Counted from the first letter of the whole stretch, positions 50,351 to 63,967 are shown. The stretch: 63,967 bases of DNA, filler included, from Collodictyon triciliatum (GCA_043381765.1; 10 parts of 10 records of this genome joined end to end with filler, not necessarily neighbours in it), one strand, 5' to 3'. The notes: generated by a model not told the origin, from the sequence alone. Made by a program: numbers and translations.

Positions 50351-52229
50351 TCCCGAGCCTGAGCAATCCATACACCTGCCAAGAGGATAATAAGATATCT
50401 GTCTACTCTCTTCATTCCGTTTTCTTATTACTCCAACCAGCTCTCGTATCTCCAGAAAACCCGTCTAATACCTCACCCGTTAATTTATCCACACCACAAA
50501 CTGCATCAATCACAACACCCCATTTTCATACTAAATCCATCACGCGATTCCCTGCTGTGCTGATTCTCTTTTCATCCTTTCGCTCAGTTACTCTTCTCCC
50601 TGCTTGTGCTCGAGACCCAAATACAGTCTGGCTCGAGAAAAAAGCACGATGCTATTTTGCCTATCGCACCAGGAAGGTGGCGAGATAAAGTGTGTGATTA
50701 ACTAGGGGAAAGGAATGGCAAAAAAGCTTCGACCAGCAGCGAACCCCAAAGGCCATAAACACGACTCGTACCCGCTCAACCACAAAGGAATCGCGGCAAA
50801 AGCAAACTTAAGCTTATATGACAAAGATAAAGACACCTCGAAAAAAGCAACATAAAGCCGTGTGGCTCAACGCTCTATTCTACAAAAGCGCTGTTCATTT
50901 CTTGAGATTCGAACGAGTGGCGTCCGTGGCGTGCTGTCAACTCACCGGCAGCGACAAGCTCTTGCAGCCACAAACACCTCGGCCGGAAATAAGAACTCTC
51001 GCCGCCTGACTCCTGCTTTGAATGGCGGAGGCACAGGAAAGAGAGCGAAGCATGTCGGCCTCCTCCACAGATGCCGATCCGGAGAGGGCACATAATCGCG
51101 CAGATATGGTACGGCGCAACGCCCTGTTCATCAATCGTGTTCCTTGCCTTGGGAACGCATCTACCTCAATACTTTTGTATTCTACGTAGCACATTTGCCT
51201 ACTTGAAAATAGTTTTGCTAGGAATATGCAAACTTGGCTGTTTCTTTCCTTTGCAGCCCCCCACTGATTATGTTCCCCAACATAGGAAGATGAACCTCTC
51301 GCGAGTCAAGAACTACAACCAACAGGGCAGCTTCAGCCACGAATGGTTTCGAGCACTTCTTTTCCTCTTTTCCCTTTTTGTTCTTGTTGGGTACAGGATG
51401 ACTCTGATAGTATCGTTTTGTGACATTACCAACGCATTTGTGGGGTTGATGCATTATTACTATTACTATTACTATTACTCATGATACGGAAAAAAATGCA
51501 CTTTAGGATAAAGTTTCTCGTACGATTATATCTGAAAATGATGGCTTTTCAACTCGCTCAGAGAACAAAAATGAAGGAGCAAACCGACCAAGAAGCGAGT
51601 GAGTCACAATACCCCCAAACTTCATATAGTCATCATGATTTCGAAAATATCACAGGCACACGACTGTCATTTTTGTCTAATACACCAGAAAACTATAAAA
51701 GAAAAACAGTGAATAATTGGCAATATATGTAATATAACTAACATCATTGCGTAACTTCTACTTTCTATTTTTTTTTTTAGAAGAGTTAGTGGCGGGAATA
51801 ACCCATCGGAGGTATCACAAAACGCACTGGAACAGCTAAAGCTAGCCCCTGATTTACCTTCAACCCCTATTGATTATCATCAAGAGCTGCAGCAGGCCCA
51901 GAAAACCATTCAGGACCTCACCAGGCGCGTGGAGAAATACAGAAAGCAGCGAACATTCTATCTCGATGCTCTGCTGCATACAAAGATAGAGAATGCACAC
52001 TTTCGTTCTGTCCTTGATGAAAATGGTATAGATTGCGAATCCATCTTCCAACAGCCCGAAGAACCGCTGTGGTAGGCTACTTCGTTCCTGTTACAATTGT
52101 CTCCAAGAGAATCCTGCCGCGTTATTTGATAATGAATTATCCTTACTATTAAGATAATTTAACATCATTATTCCCCTACGTTGGCCACTCATTGTCCAAT
52201 CTTTTTCATCTTTTCCATTTTTCTTTTCC

Positions 52230-52261
<32 letters not shown>

Positions 52262-52719
52262 TTCATTTTTCATTTTTCATTTTTCATTTTTCATTTTTCA
52301 TTTTTTTCATTTTTTTCATTTTCATTCATTTTTTTTTCATCTTCATTCTTATTTTCTCTTGCGTATCAGGCTTGGAATAAACATAACCATATTTTCCCCC
52401 GCAACCTCGGTGATATCTTTCCAAAAATTTTTTGTAGATACAGAACCGATCCTTCGCTTGCCCTATTTTTACTTCATTTTTCTCTTTTATACCATTTAGA
52501 TCCTGATCCTCTCCTTTTTTTTTTTTTTCTTCCTTCTGTCTCAGGATTCACTAAGAAGCTCAAAACGTGCACGCTCTAGGTGTCATTATTGTTGTTATTA
52601 ATACACAATTTATAAACGCTGCGCCTGTGGGATAATCCCTTAGCTACAAACTCAGCCCCCTCCCAGAAGCAACACGAACTCGTTTCGCCAAGAGAAAGAG
52701 ATTAGCAACTTTCATAGGG

Positions 52720-53149
52720 ATGCACAAGATCAAACGCCTTGGGGCCAAAGGATACACGTTTCGTGTGGATTTTACCGTCAAGCAAGTGACCGACTTGGCC
52801 ATTGAGAAGGGTCAAGTTTTTGTCTCCCTAACGCGCGGCCCAAAAATACGTGAGACTGCTGCGGTACATAGTCCATTTTATCCCCCGAAAACAGACTGAG
52901 CATGTCTGTTCATCCCTTCCTTTCTTCATTTTGTGCGCTGTGCATATACTTATATACGTAAAGAAATGATTCTTGACACCCATTACAAATACCGATTTAA
53001 TTAACTTCTTTTAACTGCCTTGTGGACAGGTCGCTGTGTCAGGCCGTTCAGCTTCATGGAATGAAACCCTATCAGTGATGACGACTCTCTACAAATTCAA
53101 TCGTTCTCCAAAGTTTCTTGAGAAATCGGCTCGGATAGTCCTGAAGCAG
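52720..53149 (+). CDS. Second NT-C2 domain protein (paralogue), 5' part only
   Basis: MHKIKRLGAKGYTFRVDFTV..SLTRGPKIRETAA/VAVSGRSASWNETLSVMTTLY..FLEKSARIVLKQ, collinear with the 47146 gene including its first two intron positions. Confidence 0.7.
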
Positions 53150-53220
53150 GTAACCGAGTCTCGAAAATAGTGTTCCTCTGTTTACTTCGTGGTTATCGGG
53201 CTAAGCATATCGTTCTTAGC

Positions 53221-53317
<97 letters not shown>

Positions 53318-53417
53318 NNNNNNNNNNNNNNNNNNNNNNNNNNNNNNNNNNNNNNNNNNNNTTAATTAATTAANNNNNNNNNNNNNNNNNNNNNNNNNNN
53401 NNNNNNNNNNNNNNNNN

Positions 53418-53586
53418 TGAATCGGTAGACAGAGATGGGCTCAGCAGGTGTGCGGGGGAGCTGCGGGATGCAGACCCAGTTTTCCTGTGTTGACAGTGTT
53501 GAAATGGACGAGTAGAAGTCAAGAAAGTCGTAGGCAACGTTTTCTTTCACTCCAGAATCGCCTTGGTTCGGTGTGGTTTGGCTCAT
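53418..53586 (-). CDS. 5' end of a hypothetical protein, truncated by spacer
   Basis: ORF MSQTTPNQGDSGVKENVAYDFLDFYSS.. stays open to the contig edge; no family recognised. Confidence 0.35.
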
Positions 53587-54542
53587 GATGGTATTCTTTG
53601 AGTTCTTAGCGGTCGATGATGCTGATCTGTCCGTGTCAGTGAAATGTATGAAAGGTTAGCTTTGATTCTAGCCAACACAAGTGGTGATTAAAATAGTGGA
53701 CAGACGCCCGCAGTCGCCCACTCAGTCTCCCGAGTGTGGGCGCGCACAGGGTGAATCTATGCGTATCAGTACGGTATAGAAATCATGTTTCTGTCGGATG
53801 GAGAGTGCTTCGAGGTGCTGTAATATATATACTGATGTACCAGGGCTCTGAAGCACGGCCATTCATTGCGGTCCGCTTTTTATAATTCGCTTCGCTTTCT
53901 TCCTTACCTATCGTTATTTTTGCTTTTTCGTATTTGTTTTTGTGTTTCTTGTCTCTTGAGCATTGCTTTCACAAAGAAAAATGGCAGAAAAAATAATTGT
54001 TCTTTACTTAATTTGTTAGGATATCCTTTTACCTTTCTGCATCAAAGTGCCACTCGCAGAAATTCTCCGGAAAGAGTGGATTGCCACCCGCGTTATTTAT
54101 AGAATAGAGGGAAGAGCCACGAAGTTTTCTTTGTTGTTTCCGCCCTCTTTCTCGCTTCAGAAACTGCGAAAAGGCAGTAACTTTGGCCGCAAATGAATCT
54201 GGTGGACAAATAGAAATTATTCGCTATAGCCACTATAGTCACCTGGTGCACCTTTCTTGGATTTACGTGCTGCCAAAAATATAACCTGATTGCGTTTTTG
54301 CGTTATCGTTCCAGCACATACTACTTCCTCTTTCGTACGAATGTCCGCACATGGCGAAGCCTTTGTTACTGGTGTTGTTCAAGTCTTGACTACTCTCTAT
54401 TTTTATATTTTCCGTTGTATAATACCTCAATTTTATGTCTTGTTGTCGATTCTCACCAAATATTTATGCTTTGTAGGCATTATATAAATTCCAGATTTAG
54501 ACATAAAATTTTTGTTGTTGCTCTGCGCAATTCTCGATTGCC

Positions 54543-55388
54543 ATGGCGTACCCCAAGCTGTTTCGATATAAAATCATCAGTCCGAATCCCTACAAACCGG
54601 AGAAGATGAGTCGTTGGGCCGAAACTATAGGCATTATAGACCTGCCGATAGTCAAAAGCTGGAAGCAAGCCCATATATCTCAGTTACTCCCGAAACACCG
54701 CGCCCTACTTTTCCATATCTCCAACAGAGTGCTGTGGATAGGTGCGCGCGTAGTCCATGCAGCAACGACCTCTCCAGAACGCACCATGTGCCATAGTGGA
54801 GATGACTCTATCGAACACACATTTGTGAAGTGCTCATTTGCTCAAAAAGTGACAGAGTCTACCCACAAGATGCTCTCTGAGTTTGATTGTGCTCCCAACC
54901 GACTCAGCGCGTCTGACATCCTGTTTGGCCCACAATACCAAATGACCCACGACTCTAGAATACTCTGGACAGTCACAAGGGGACATATGCTGTGGTCCTT
55001 ATGGAGTGTGCGTGCATTCTCTCGCTTTAATGATTCACCCGAACGAGAAATCAATGTAGCCAGGCTGGAAAGCCTCGTGCAATACAGCTTCCTGAACAGT
55101 CTGCTGAAACACGCCCGCATTCTTCGCTACTCTGACCGCAAGCGAAGAGAGATGTGGGAATGTATCGTGCGATATCTCCCACAGCATATCCAACCCCTGC
55201 TACCCACGCAGCCAATCAACCATTTGGGACGCCCACCTGACCAACTCGCTATCACTGATTTCTTTCCAGTGCTACCCTCTCCACAGTAGTGTCTTCTACT
55301 CGCGTTTGCTCTCTCCCATGCGCTCCCATCCCGCCCATTTGTATGGCATAACCTCGCTGCACTTTGAATCGAATAAACGGAAAAAAAT
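54543..55388 (+). mobile_element. 5'-truncated non-LTR retrotransposon (L1/Tx1-like ORF2 C-terminus with zf-RVT-like zinc knuckle), 3' UTR and A-tail
   Basis: SWKQAHISQLLPKHRALLFHISNRVL..PERTMCHSGDDSIEHTFVKCSFAQKV resembles zf-RVT (CxxC..H....C, first Cys apparently replaced by Arg). Intronless; ends in GAATCGAATAAACGG(A)7. Confidence 0.7.
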
Positions 55389-55656
55389 ATCGTATTCAGT
55401 TTTTTTTTTGGCAACTCGCATTTTTTCTACATTAAAACTGAGAGAATGAAGATACAGAGTGCCTGTTTCAAGTTAACTTACATATATTTGGGTTTAATTA
55501 ATTTATTCCTCCTGTTTTCTCAAGGTTTCATCTGGATTCTGGAAGGAATGAGACAGAACGATGAAATATTAATGTCCTCTTAATGGCTCGATTTCTCTAG
55601 TAGCTAGTCAGGCGGAAAGGCTTTGCCGACGATAGGGAGGAGGAAAAGTCACGCTC

Positions 55657-58600
55657 TCAAGCAATCGAAAGCCCTTCAATATCACTCTCCTCTTGATTCT
55701 CCAACATGTCTTGGAAAGTTGGTCTCCTTCGTGGGTTCGCATCCCAGCAATGCGTCATCCGTGTAACCATTTTCCTGTCCATCTGCGGTCGAATATCTGG
55801 ACGCAATCCGTTCATGACATCAAACTGAACTGCAACAGGGTCGCGGCTTGCGTAGGGTGATTCTCGAGACTCGATTTCCCATAGGATGATTCCGAAGCTG
55901 TAAACATCAGCTTTATCACCATAGCGCTCTCCCTTTATGACCTAGAGTGGTTCGAAGAGAAAGAAACGATTGGTTGGGTCTTGCAGCATTTTACTCATAT
56001 CACACTATGGAAAAGAAAATATTAAACAAAAAAAGTTTATCAAACATTCGATGAGTAATTAATATGTTTGTATTGTTATCTCTTTCTTATAAAAAAAAGG
56101 AAGCATTCACCCACATATATTTTGGCTTCAGGCATTTGCAGAGGAGGGTTTGCATATTTTTTCCTTGTATTTCAACATATTTTTTTTCATGCGTTTATTA
56201 GAAAATGTTACCTCAGGGGCCTGGTAAGCCAATGTCCCACATTTCGTCATAGTTCTGTTGTAGACGCGAACCCTGGCAAATCCAAAGTCGCAAATCTTAA
56301 CTTCATGGGTCTCGGTCACCTTCATACATATAAATTTCTCAGAATATCATTGACTTCACCCTTCCTTTCTAAAATCAAGCAAAAGGTGGAAAAAAAATTA
56401 TCTTTTCTTGTTTATACTTGTGGTCTTATTTCGATCAACGTCATAATAATCAATTATTCATTTTTTCCCACCAGAATATTAGCTGTTTTCAAATCCCGAT
56501 GGAGTATTGGAGGCGTCTGCGAATGGAGATGGGCCATCCCTTTCATGATACCGAGTACTACTTTATTTCTGCCGAGAGAAAAGATTAAGGCAATTCAATT
56601 TTTCTTTATCTCAGTCTGTGAAAGGTTGCAGGTTTAGGCCTTGGTTTTGGTAATTGCAAGCCAACATGAATAATGAAAAAAAAAAGGAGTAGATGGTTCA
56701 TAGAATCTATATTATTGACTACACTACTTTATTGTGTCTGATAGGACATTCTTCCTGTCTTGAATATACTGAAGAAGACTTCCGGGGGTAACAAGCTCCA
56801 TTACAATTGCCAGGTTCGGTGGCTCTGTGCATGCACCTACGAATTTTACGATATTCGGGTGCTCGATTCTCCTATAACACAAGTTTAATTTATATTTCTT
56901 TTGGAACTATGTCTCATTTAAAATTAAAAATAATAAATAGAAATTATAATTTGTTTTCCCATTCAAAACCAACCGCAATATTGTTGTCTCCGACAAAAAG
57001 CTCAGATAATACTTATCCGCTATGTTTTGCACTGTCATCTTTTTCACAGCAACCGTTTCTCCCTAATAAACGAACATATATACAGCTTATTTGTAAAAAA
57101 CTTAAAAATTAAATGTCCAGTTACTTTTTATATAAATTCTTCCGCGCATCAAGATTAAAATAAACCCTTACTCTGAATCGAATAAAGGAAGAATCAAAAT
57201 AAAACCTTGTATTTTCCTATTACAACGGTTCCAAAAGAGCCGGAACCCAAGTGCTTATCTTCAAAAACTAAGTCAGAAAATAAAATATTGTTTTTTCTGT
57301 TTTTCAGTCTCCCATTCACACTGGCACCATCGCTTTCATTGTGTACATTAATCACAAATTTTGGCTGATTTCCTGTCGCAGGTCGAGTAATATTTGGGAT
57401 TTCTGATGATACAGAGTTATCTAATCCATCGGATATTGGAGAATGCGGAAGTAATCCTTCGATAGAAGAGCCTCCTCTCTGCAGACTTAAATATTAAAAA
57501 AAATAATGGAAAAATATGCGAAAATATAAAAGGCATACGCTCATGTATGATAAATCCTTGATGGTGCTATTCATTATTTTCGAATATTGGGTGCCTATTT
57601 GATCTGCTCTGAGTTTCATGAATTTGGAATACACCTGCAACAATTTCCCCCGTAATTAAGTAATTTGTCGCGGACTTATCTACAAATAATATATGCCAGG
57701 GAAAGAAATGGAAAATAAAACAGAACACGAACAGCACGTATGTCTTCCTTTTTACTCCCTTCACTATGTCCTTTTGCTACGAGTTTGATTATGAACACAG
57801 TATCCAAATCATCATTTTCAGAGCTAAGATTCTAGTTTGAATTTTGTAAATATAAAGTACCCACTTAATCGAATAAAAGAGATAGAATTATAAAAAAATA
57901 ATGGAGCTTAAATTTGTTTCATTTGCTACTTTTAAACTTATCAAGATGAGTACCAACCTCGAACACAGGATTGCTGATAAGAATTTGCCCACCACATGAA
58001 AATTTACTCAGTCTAAGAGCAGTCGATAAGACCTAAAGGTACAATAAAGTATTATAGTTATAGTTATAATATTATCATGTTACAGGATAATTAAAGGGTA
58101 GAAGATAGAGGCAAACATTTAATTTACCTTCCCGGAGTACAATGTTCTCTTCGTGTCTGGGTCAACTACTGTTGTGCAACGTCCAAAATTAACTCCCTGC
58201 AGGTTATTCATGGTGTCACAAATGAGCAGTATTATATAAATATCTTTTATAGGTAAAGCATTTTGTATAATAAGCCGACCATTTGGACTCTTAAACCTCG
58301 GAGGGAATTTTCGTGAGTTTCCCTTCCATATTCGTGGCAAAGAAGCTCGTTTGGCCATGTTGCAGAGTTTAGCTCTGTCTGAACTTCAACACAGAATCTG
58401 AATAAAAAATTATCAAAATAAAAAAACTGAATCTTAGCGTCCCTATCAAAATATTTACGATACACTATTTTTAAATTCATTTTACTTGACGGCTGTATAT
58501 GAATGTTGGAAAACTATTATAAAATCCTCTCCTTCGTTCTGGCTGATGTACCCCTGGTGTTTGCGAGCGCACTATTTCCAATTTATGTTGGCATCAGAAA

Positions 58601-60411
58601 AAAGGAAAGAAAAGGAAAGAAAAGGAAAGAAAAGGAAAGAAAAGGAAAGAAGGGAAAGAAGGGAAAGAAGGGAAACGTATAAAATATCATAGATGTGATT
58701 CTCACCTCCCTTAAAATTTTATTGTGAATAATAACGGAGTCGCACATTTCCTCAGGTATGTCATCCCACAGAGTTTCAGATTCATGAACTCGGCTGCTTA
58801 CAACCACAACATCTCCTTCAGGAGGGGCTTCTCTGTCTTCCATAATGTCCTTATCATAAATTTGATATTAAATTTTTCCATATTATACATGCTTAAAATT
58901 GATTCCTAAAAATGAGGGTAAAGTGGATTTAAAATATAAAATACGACATATTTTTTCATATGGTTTACCAAAAATGATATTGAAGCTGTGTGTGAGCCTT
59001 GTGAAAGACCCTATCCAAAAACATTTATATTAATTTTATCTTCCGGAGGCTAAATCCAAGAATACAAAGATATCATCTAAACTTTTACAAGACTTATTAC
59101 AGTGAGTTCTTTGGAGATATCCTGAAAACTTGGCCTAACTGTGGCTTCTTGACTCCACGACCTCTTGACCAAACTTTTCAGAAAATCAGGAATATCTTCT
59201 GGTAAAGTGGGTCGTAGTCCAACCATCACTACTTGCGATGGAACAGATGCCATATTCTCAACCTCCTCGTAGGGATCTGTCCGAGTTATTATTTCGCATA
59301 TAATTATAGCAAAGCTGTAAACATCGGCTTCTGTGCTGTATTGATTATTGGTTATCACTTCAGGAGCCATCCAGAGCAAACTTCCTCTTTTTCCATCATT
59401 TTTAAGTGAATCGTGAAATGTCGTCAGCCCAAAGTCACTGTGAAAGATATTTTCGTCAATACATACTTGTTAGCATCTTGGTGATAAATTTTTGAACAGT
59501 AATCATACCTAACTTTCAGTCTCAGTTTATCATCAACCTAGAAAATATGTAATTAAAATGTCACATATTGGTATTAATAACTTTAAAGTCAATAATGATA
59601 CATTTGTTATCATATGTAAAATCTATTACCAGAATGTTTAAGCTCTTTAAATCCCTATGCACAATAGGCGGATTCGACGTGTGAAGATATTGCATTCCTT
59701 TTTTTTTTTTTTTAACATTATACGTAAAATATACTACCATGTTAGAAATTTAATGTAAAAGATAGAAACAAACCCTTGCAAATATCAAGCATGAATTGTA
59801 ATCGTTGCTTATAACTGAGGGTCATTTCTGCTCGATGTAAAACTTCATAAAGGGAACCATTTGGCATAAATTCGCAAACCAAACATAAATGAGAATCATC
59901 AAGACATGTGCCCATGTAAAGGACAATATTTGGGTGACGGAGCTCCCTGCGGTATATTTAAAGGAAAAGTGAAATTAAACTCTAGTGTTATGTCGTATCA
60001 AATCAAAAATATTACACCATCACCGAGACTTCTGCCTTAAAAGACTCTATGCTATTTTTCGACACCTTTGATTGAGATATTCTCTTAATTGCGACATCTG
60101 CACCTCTCCATTCACCGCGATAAACCTATGCCACAAATAATAAGCTTTGTTAATAAGTACAAAGCGTCAAATATGTTGATTTCTCACAAATTATGGTATT
60201 TTACTCACTATTCCATAGCTTCCCTCCCCAACAAGAGCTCCATAGGTAATCTCTGTTGGATTGATGTATCCGTACATTTTACTTTTTGTCTTTTCCATAT
60301 CGTCTTTCATTTTCTTTCTATACCACACCCCAAAGACAAGAAACAACAAGAAAATGCCACCAACAGAACCACCGATAATAGGGGCCATGTCTTGTGATGT
60401 TTCTTTGGCAT
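55657..60411 (-). CDS. Receptor-type TM - TKL kinase - cyclase-like domain - TKL kinase protein, 5'-truncated, many exons
   Basis: TM IIGGSVGGIFLLFLVFGVWY. Kinase 1: GEGSYG, HRDLKSLN, DFGL, LWMAPE, ADVYSF. Cyclase-like: APPEGDVVVV..LWDDIPEEM..HNKILR, LRVQM/GVNFG..DPDTKR..GGQILIS. Kinase 2: HRDLKTAN, CDFGFAR, CGTLAYQAPE, ADVYSFG, RRPTF; stop at 55657. Confidence 0.85.
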
Positions 60412-60740
60412 CTATTAGAGGTCAAAATAAAGAATGTTACCATTCATATACTGTGCATCTAATACGAATGGTTCATGGCAATCGCAATATATGTAACTCA
60501 CCTAAATAACACATGTCCTATTGATGTAAGATTTTGAATATAGGATTAATATTTTGAAGAAAATAGACTTATTAACGATGTATAATCATGGAAANNNNNN
60601 NNNNNNNNNNNNNNNNNNNNNNNNNNNNNNNNNNNNNNTTAATTAATTAANNNNNNNNNNNNNNNNNNNNNNNNNNNNNNNNNNNNNNNNNNNNAAAACT
60701 ATCCAAAAAATTCAAATAAAAACCCCTTCCCAACCCAAAA

Positions 60741-60772
<32 letters not shown>

Positions 60773-62462
60773 CACGAAATCAATCAATTTTTCTTTAAAA
60801 CACTTCCTATCTAATGGCGTAAGTTATTGCTAGAGGTTCCATCTCACCAATCGCCAGTCTCCCAGTCTCACTGAAAGAGGCTTTTGCTCTGCACTAGGGT
60901 ATTAATCAGAAGCTCAGGATGCATTCCAAATTCTTGGAAGAGAATGTTTCTGGCCTACCGCAGGATGTGGCTGGTAATGATTTGTATCAACAGGCCATTT
61001 AAGGCGTTCTGCCATCACATGCAATTTATGATATCTGAAACATATCCTTTTCTTTGTCTGTTCTCTTTCCTTTTATCTTTAAGGGACAGGCTCAGTTTGC
61101 AACAATGAAGATATTGGGGTGCAGGTGAATAACTTTCCAACATTTAAATATGAAGCGGGTCAACGCATGCCTGATTTACAAACCAAACAGTATACGACAA
61201 AATAAAAGCCATTCCTGTAGACTGATAATAGCCACACACGGGCAAGCCACGAAATGACAGAGTCAACCGATAGCTTCAGGAATTTGGATAACTCCCAAAG
61301 GTTTTTCCACATTCATTTACTCGCTTTAAAATACCGATGCGTTTCCATGACCTCCCCCCGCCCTTCTTCCCTCTTCCTTATTCCTAACCCCAGTCTGAAG
61401 AAACGAAACGAACCGAACCGAAAAAAAAAAAAAAAGGAGATGCACACATTGAGTATGCCACTCCTTTCCTTCTCTATTTTTTTTCTCTTCCTGCCCTTTG
61501 AGAGGGTCGGATGCAGTGCACGATTTGTGATGAAAATAGAGAAAGTGGCCGAAAGGCAGACGTTTTGTGACTTATCCGCTGCGCACAGGTTCAGCATGGA
61601 AATGATGATGATGTGCCGCATGCTGCAAAGCCACGTGCAGTCCATCGAAGAGACGCTGCGCGACTTACACTGCCACCAATGCGGAGCCTTCGTTCAGGTG
61701 CAGCTGCCAAACTTTGCCGAAATATCCTCCACGATGGAAGAGTTCCACCACAGCGGCGGCCCGGACAGCGGCGCGCATTATTTCCCCCACACGGACGACG
61801 AGTGAGTATTAAACGGCCCTTCGCATCTGGCGCAGATGCAGAGGACACGGGCGCGCGTGTTGCGAAGCGGGCAACGCTGTTGGCTTGCTTCACTCCCGCG
61901 CTCTCCTCTTTCGTCCAGGAACCACTGCGCCTCTTCTTGCATACCACCGGCGTTGGTTTATTCTGGCTGTCGCCGTCGCTATGGAGGCAGAGTTTTTTTT
62001 TTTTTTTTTGCTTTTGTAGGGTGGAGCCAATCGGGGAAGAGATGAGATGAGATAAGGAAGGAAGGAAGATGGGAAGGGAGATGGGAGAGTTTTGTCGTGT
62101 TGATTGGCCTGTGGGCTTTGGGGTAGGAACCGGCACTTGAGGCGAAGGCGCGTTATGCCGTGTGGATTGGCTCGTCTTGGTGGCTGGCGATGATGACGCC
62201 CCACTGCGCCTCCTCCTCCGCATACGGGTTGAAGAATGCAAAGGTACGCGGGGCGTGGACGAATTGGGGACCGGCTGTTGGCCGCTTTCTGTATCGGAAT
62301 GCACTGTATGTATCGTGTTGATTAGGCTCAAGGATGGTGGGTGGTAATCACCGGTCAGAAGACAGATAAGTGAGCAGATGCGAGAACTCAATCGCAGAGA
62401 GCAGCGCCATTTTGAAGCAAGAAAGAAATACAATATGCGTGCACACGGTTGTCTTACATGTA

Positions 62463-62643
62463 GATATTGAATAAGAAAAGGAAAAAGAAAATCCTGCAGC
62501 TAAAAGGTGGGAAAAAAAAAACTCACGCAAAAAAGAGTCCTGCAAGCAGCAATACACCGCCGATGACTGACGGTGCGACAATGGCGGCCAGGTTCACATC
62601 GTCGCCGTCCTTTGCTGAGGATGCCACGGCAACATCGATGGAC
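62463..62643 (-). CDS. Internal exons of a single-pass membrane protein (partial)
   Basis: SIDVAVASSAKDGDDVNLAAIVAPSVIGGVLLLAGLFFA /(GTGAG..CTGCAG)/ IFFFLFLFNIY forms one continuous hydrophobic helix across a canonical intron. Confidence 0.4.
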
Positions 62644-62844
62644 TGTGTAAAAATTGCAAATGTGTACAGTTTGTTTCATTTCAGTTTAAGAATAGAGGAA
62701 AAGGAAAAAAAAAAAAAGAAGAATGAAATAAGATGTAAGAAGACNNNNNNNNNNNNNNNNNNNNNNNNNNNNNNNNNNNNNNNNNNNNTTAATTAATTAA
62801 NNNNNNNNNNNNNNNNNNNNNNNNNNNNNNNNNNNNNNNNNNNN

Positions 62845-62907
<63 letters not shown>

Positions 62908-63087
62908 AGAGAGAGAGAGAAAAATAGTGATATACATGTAACCTTCATATCAATATTTTTTTTTATCCTTCCTTTCAATTTTGTGCAGGATGGTGAAGAT
63001 GCTGGCTTTGGAACCTTCATATCAATATTATAATTTATTTATAATTTATTTATTATTGTTGTTTTGTTCTTTTGTTTGTTCGTTTAC

Positions 63088-63170
<83 letters not shown>

Positions 63171-63218
63171 TTATTTGAGAAATGAAGATTGGAAGAAGTA
63201 TATGAACATGGGATTACC

Positions 63219-63829
63219 ATGGCTTCGGCACGGTCCATTTTCTTCTCCAATTCAGATGCGATATCCATCATATTTGCCTTAGAACGAAGCTCTACAACCA
63301 TGGCTGTGATATCTGCTTTTTGCTCTAAGGCATTCCTCACTTCAACCACATCGGCTTTTCGGTCGAGAATCGGGATGATATCGCTCATATTTGCCTTTCT
63401 GTCTAACTTTTCGTCCATCTGGATATTGGAGAGGGCATATTAGATACATATCAAATTATATGACAGACGAATACATATTAAATACATCTTGATGTGTCTT
63501 CTTTTATAAAAAAAAATCCATACCGAAGAGATTCTTGTATTCTTCTACAAAAGAAAATAGGAATTACAATACAAAGTCAGGGATATAAGATAATAACCTC
63601 ATGTGCATCTGCTTTTTGGTCGATGAAGCGGGTTAGATCAACCAAACGCTTTTGGACATCAGAAATATTCGCTTTTTGCACTGAAATGGTCTGCAACTCA
63701 GAACGATTAGGCTTCTGCTCCAAGCTTAATTGAAGGTTTACTATCGTTTCGCCCTGGGCTCTTTATTCAGAAGATATTTTAGATTCACGTAGATATAACA
63801 TCTTTAATTTTCTCCTTCATTGCTTCGTA
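63219..63829 (-). CDS. Internal exons of a coiled-coil protein with 11-residue LxxKA(D/N) repeats (partial)
   Basis: KLDRKANMSDI / ILDRKADVVEV / ALEQKADITAM / ELRSKANMMDI; the upstream exon has LEQKPN, QKAN and IDQKAD. Confidence 0.55.
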
Positions 63830-63967
63830 AAAATTGGAATTTACACATCATAATACTGACACTGAGTAAAGAAAAAGAAGAAAAAGAAGAAGAAGAAGAA
63901 GAAGAAGAAGAAGAAGAAGAAGAAGAAGAAGAAGAAGAAGAAGAAGAAGAAGAAGAAGAAGAAGAAG

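Noticed and set aside
59077-59379. Stand-alone kinase gene ending at 59077
   Set aside because: A GT donor precedes the apparent stop and the next exon (DIMEDREAPPEG) continues into the cyclase-like domain, so it is treated as one gene.

Overview
Eukaryotic (protist, probably amoebozoan-like) draft assembly, not a contiguous locus. About ten pieces, mostly ~7.1 kb, are joined by an artificial 100-nt spacer (N-run, TTAATTAATTAA, N-run), so neighbourhood across spacers is uninformative. Host pieces carry intron-rich genes: alpha-SNAP-like, a coiled-coil protein, RPL8 (5' part), PABP, a MYST-type Tudor-knot first exon, a PPR protein, a Rac-like GTPase, an ADCY10-like cyclase, a cAR-like GPCR, a Hydin-like ASH-repeat protein, two NT-C2 paralogues and a TM-kinase-(pseudo)cyclase-kinase receptor. 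There is also an intronless O-methyltransferase, LINE 3' remnants and many microsatellites. The stand-out is contig 24541-31657, an intronless AT-rich Polinton-like-virus/virophage-like genome fragment. It encodes a TVpol(PolA-like)-D5/SF3 primase-helicase, an A32-type packaging ATPase, a probable double-jelly-roll major capsid, a probable penton and three small ORFs. Six of its seven genes have a TCTA-like tetramer 9-10 nt before the ATG. A 15-bp AT-rich hairpin separates the two convergent genes, and a nested inverted repeat lies upstream of the replicase. These signals resemble giant-virus late promoters and terminators and suggest, by inference, a capsid-encoding element transcribed by a giant virus. 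All calls come from reading motifs by eye; no searches were run.
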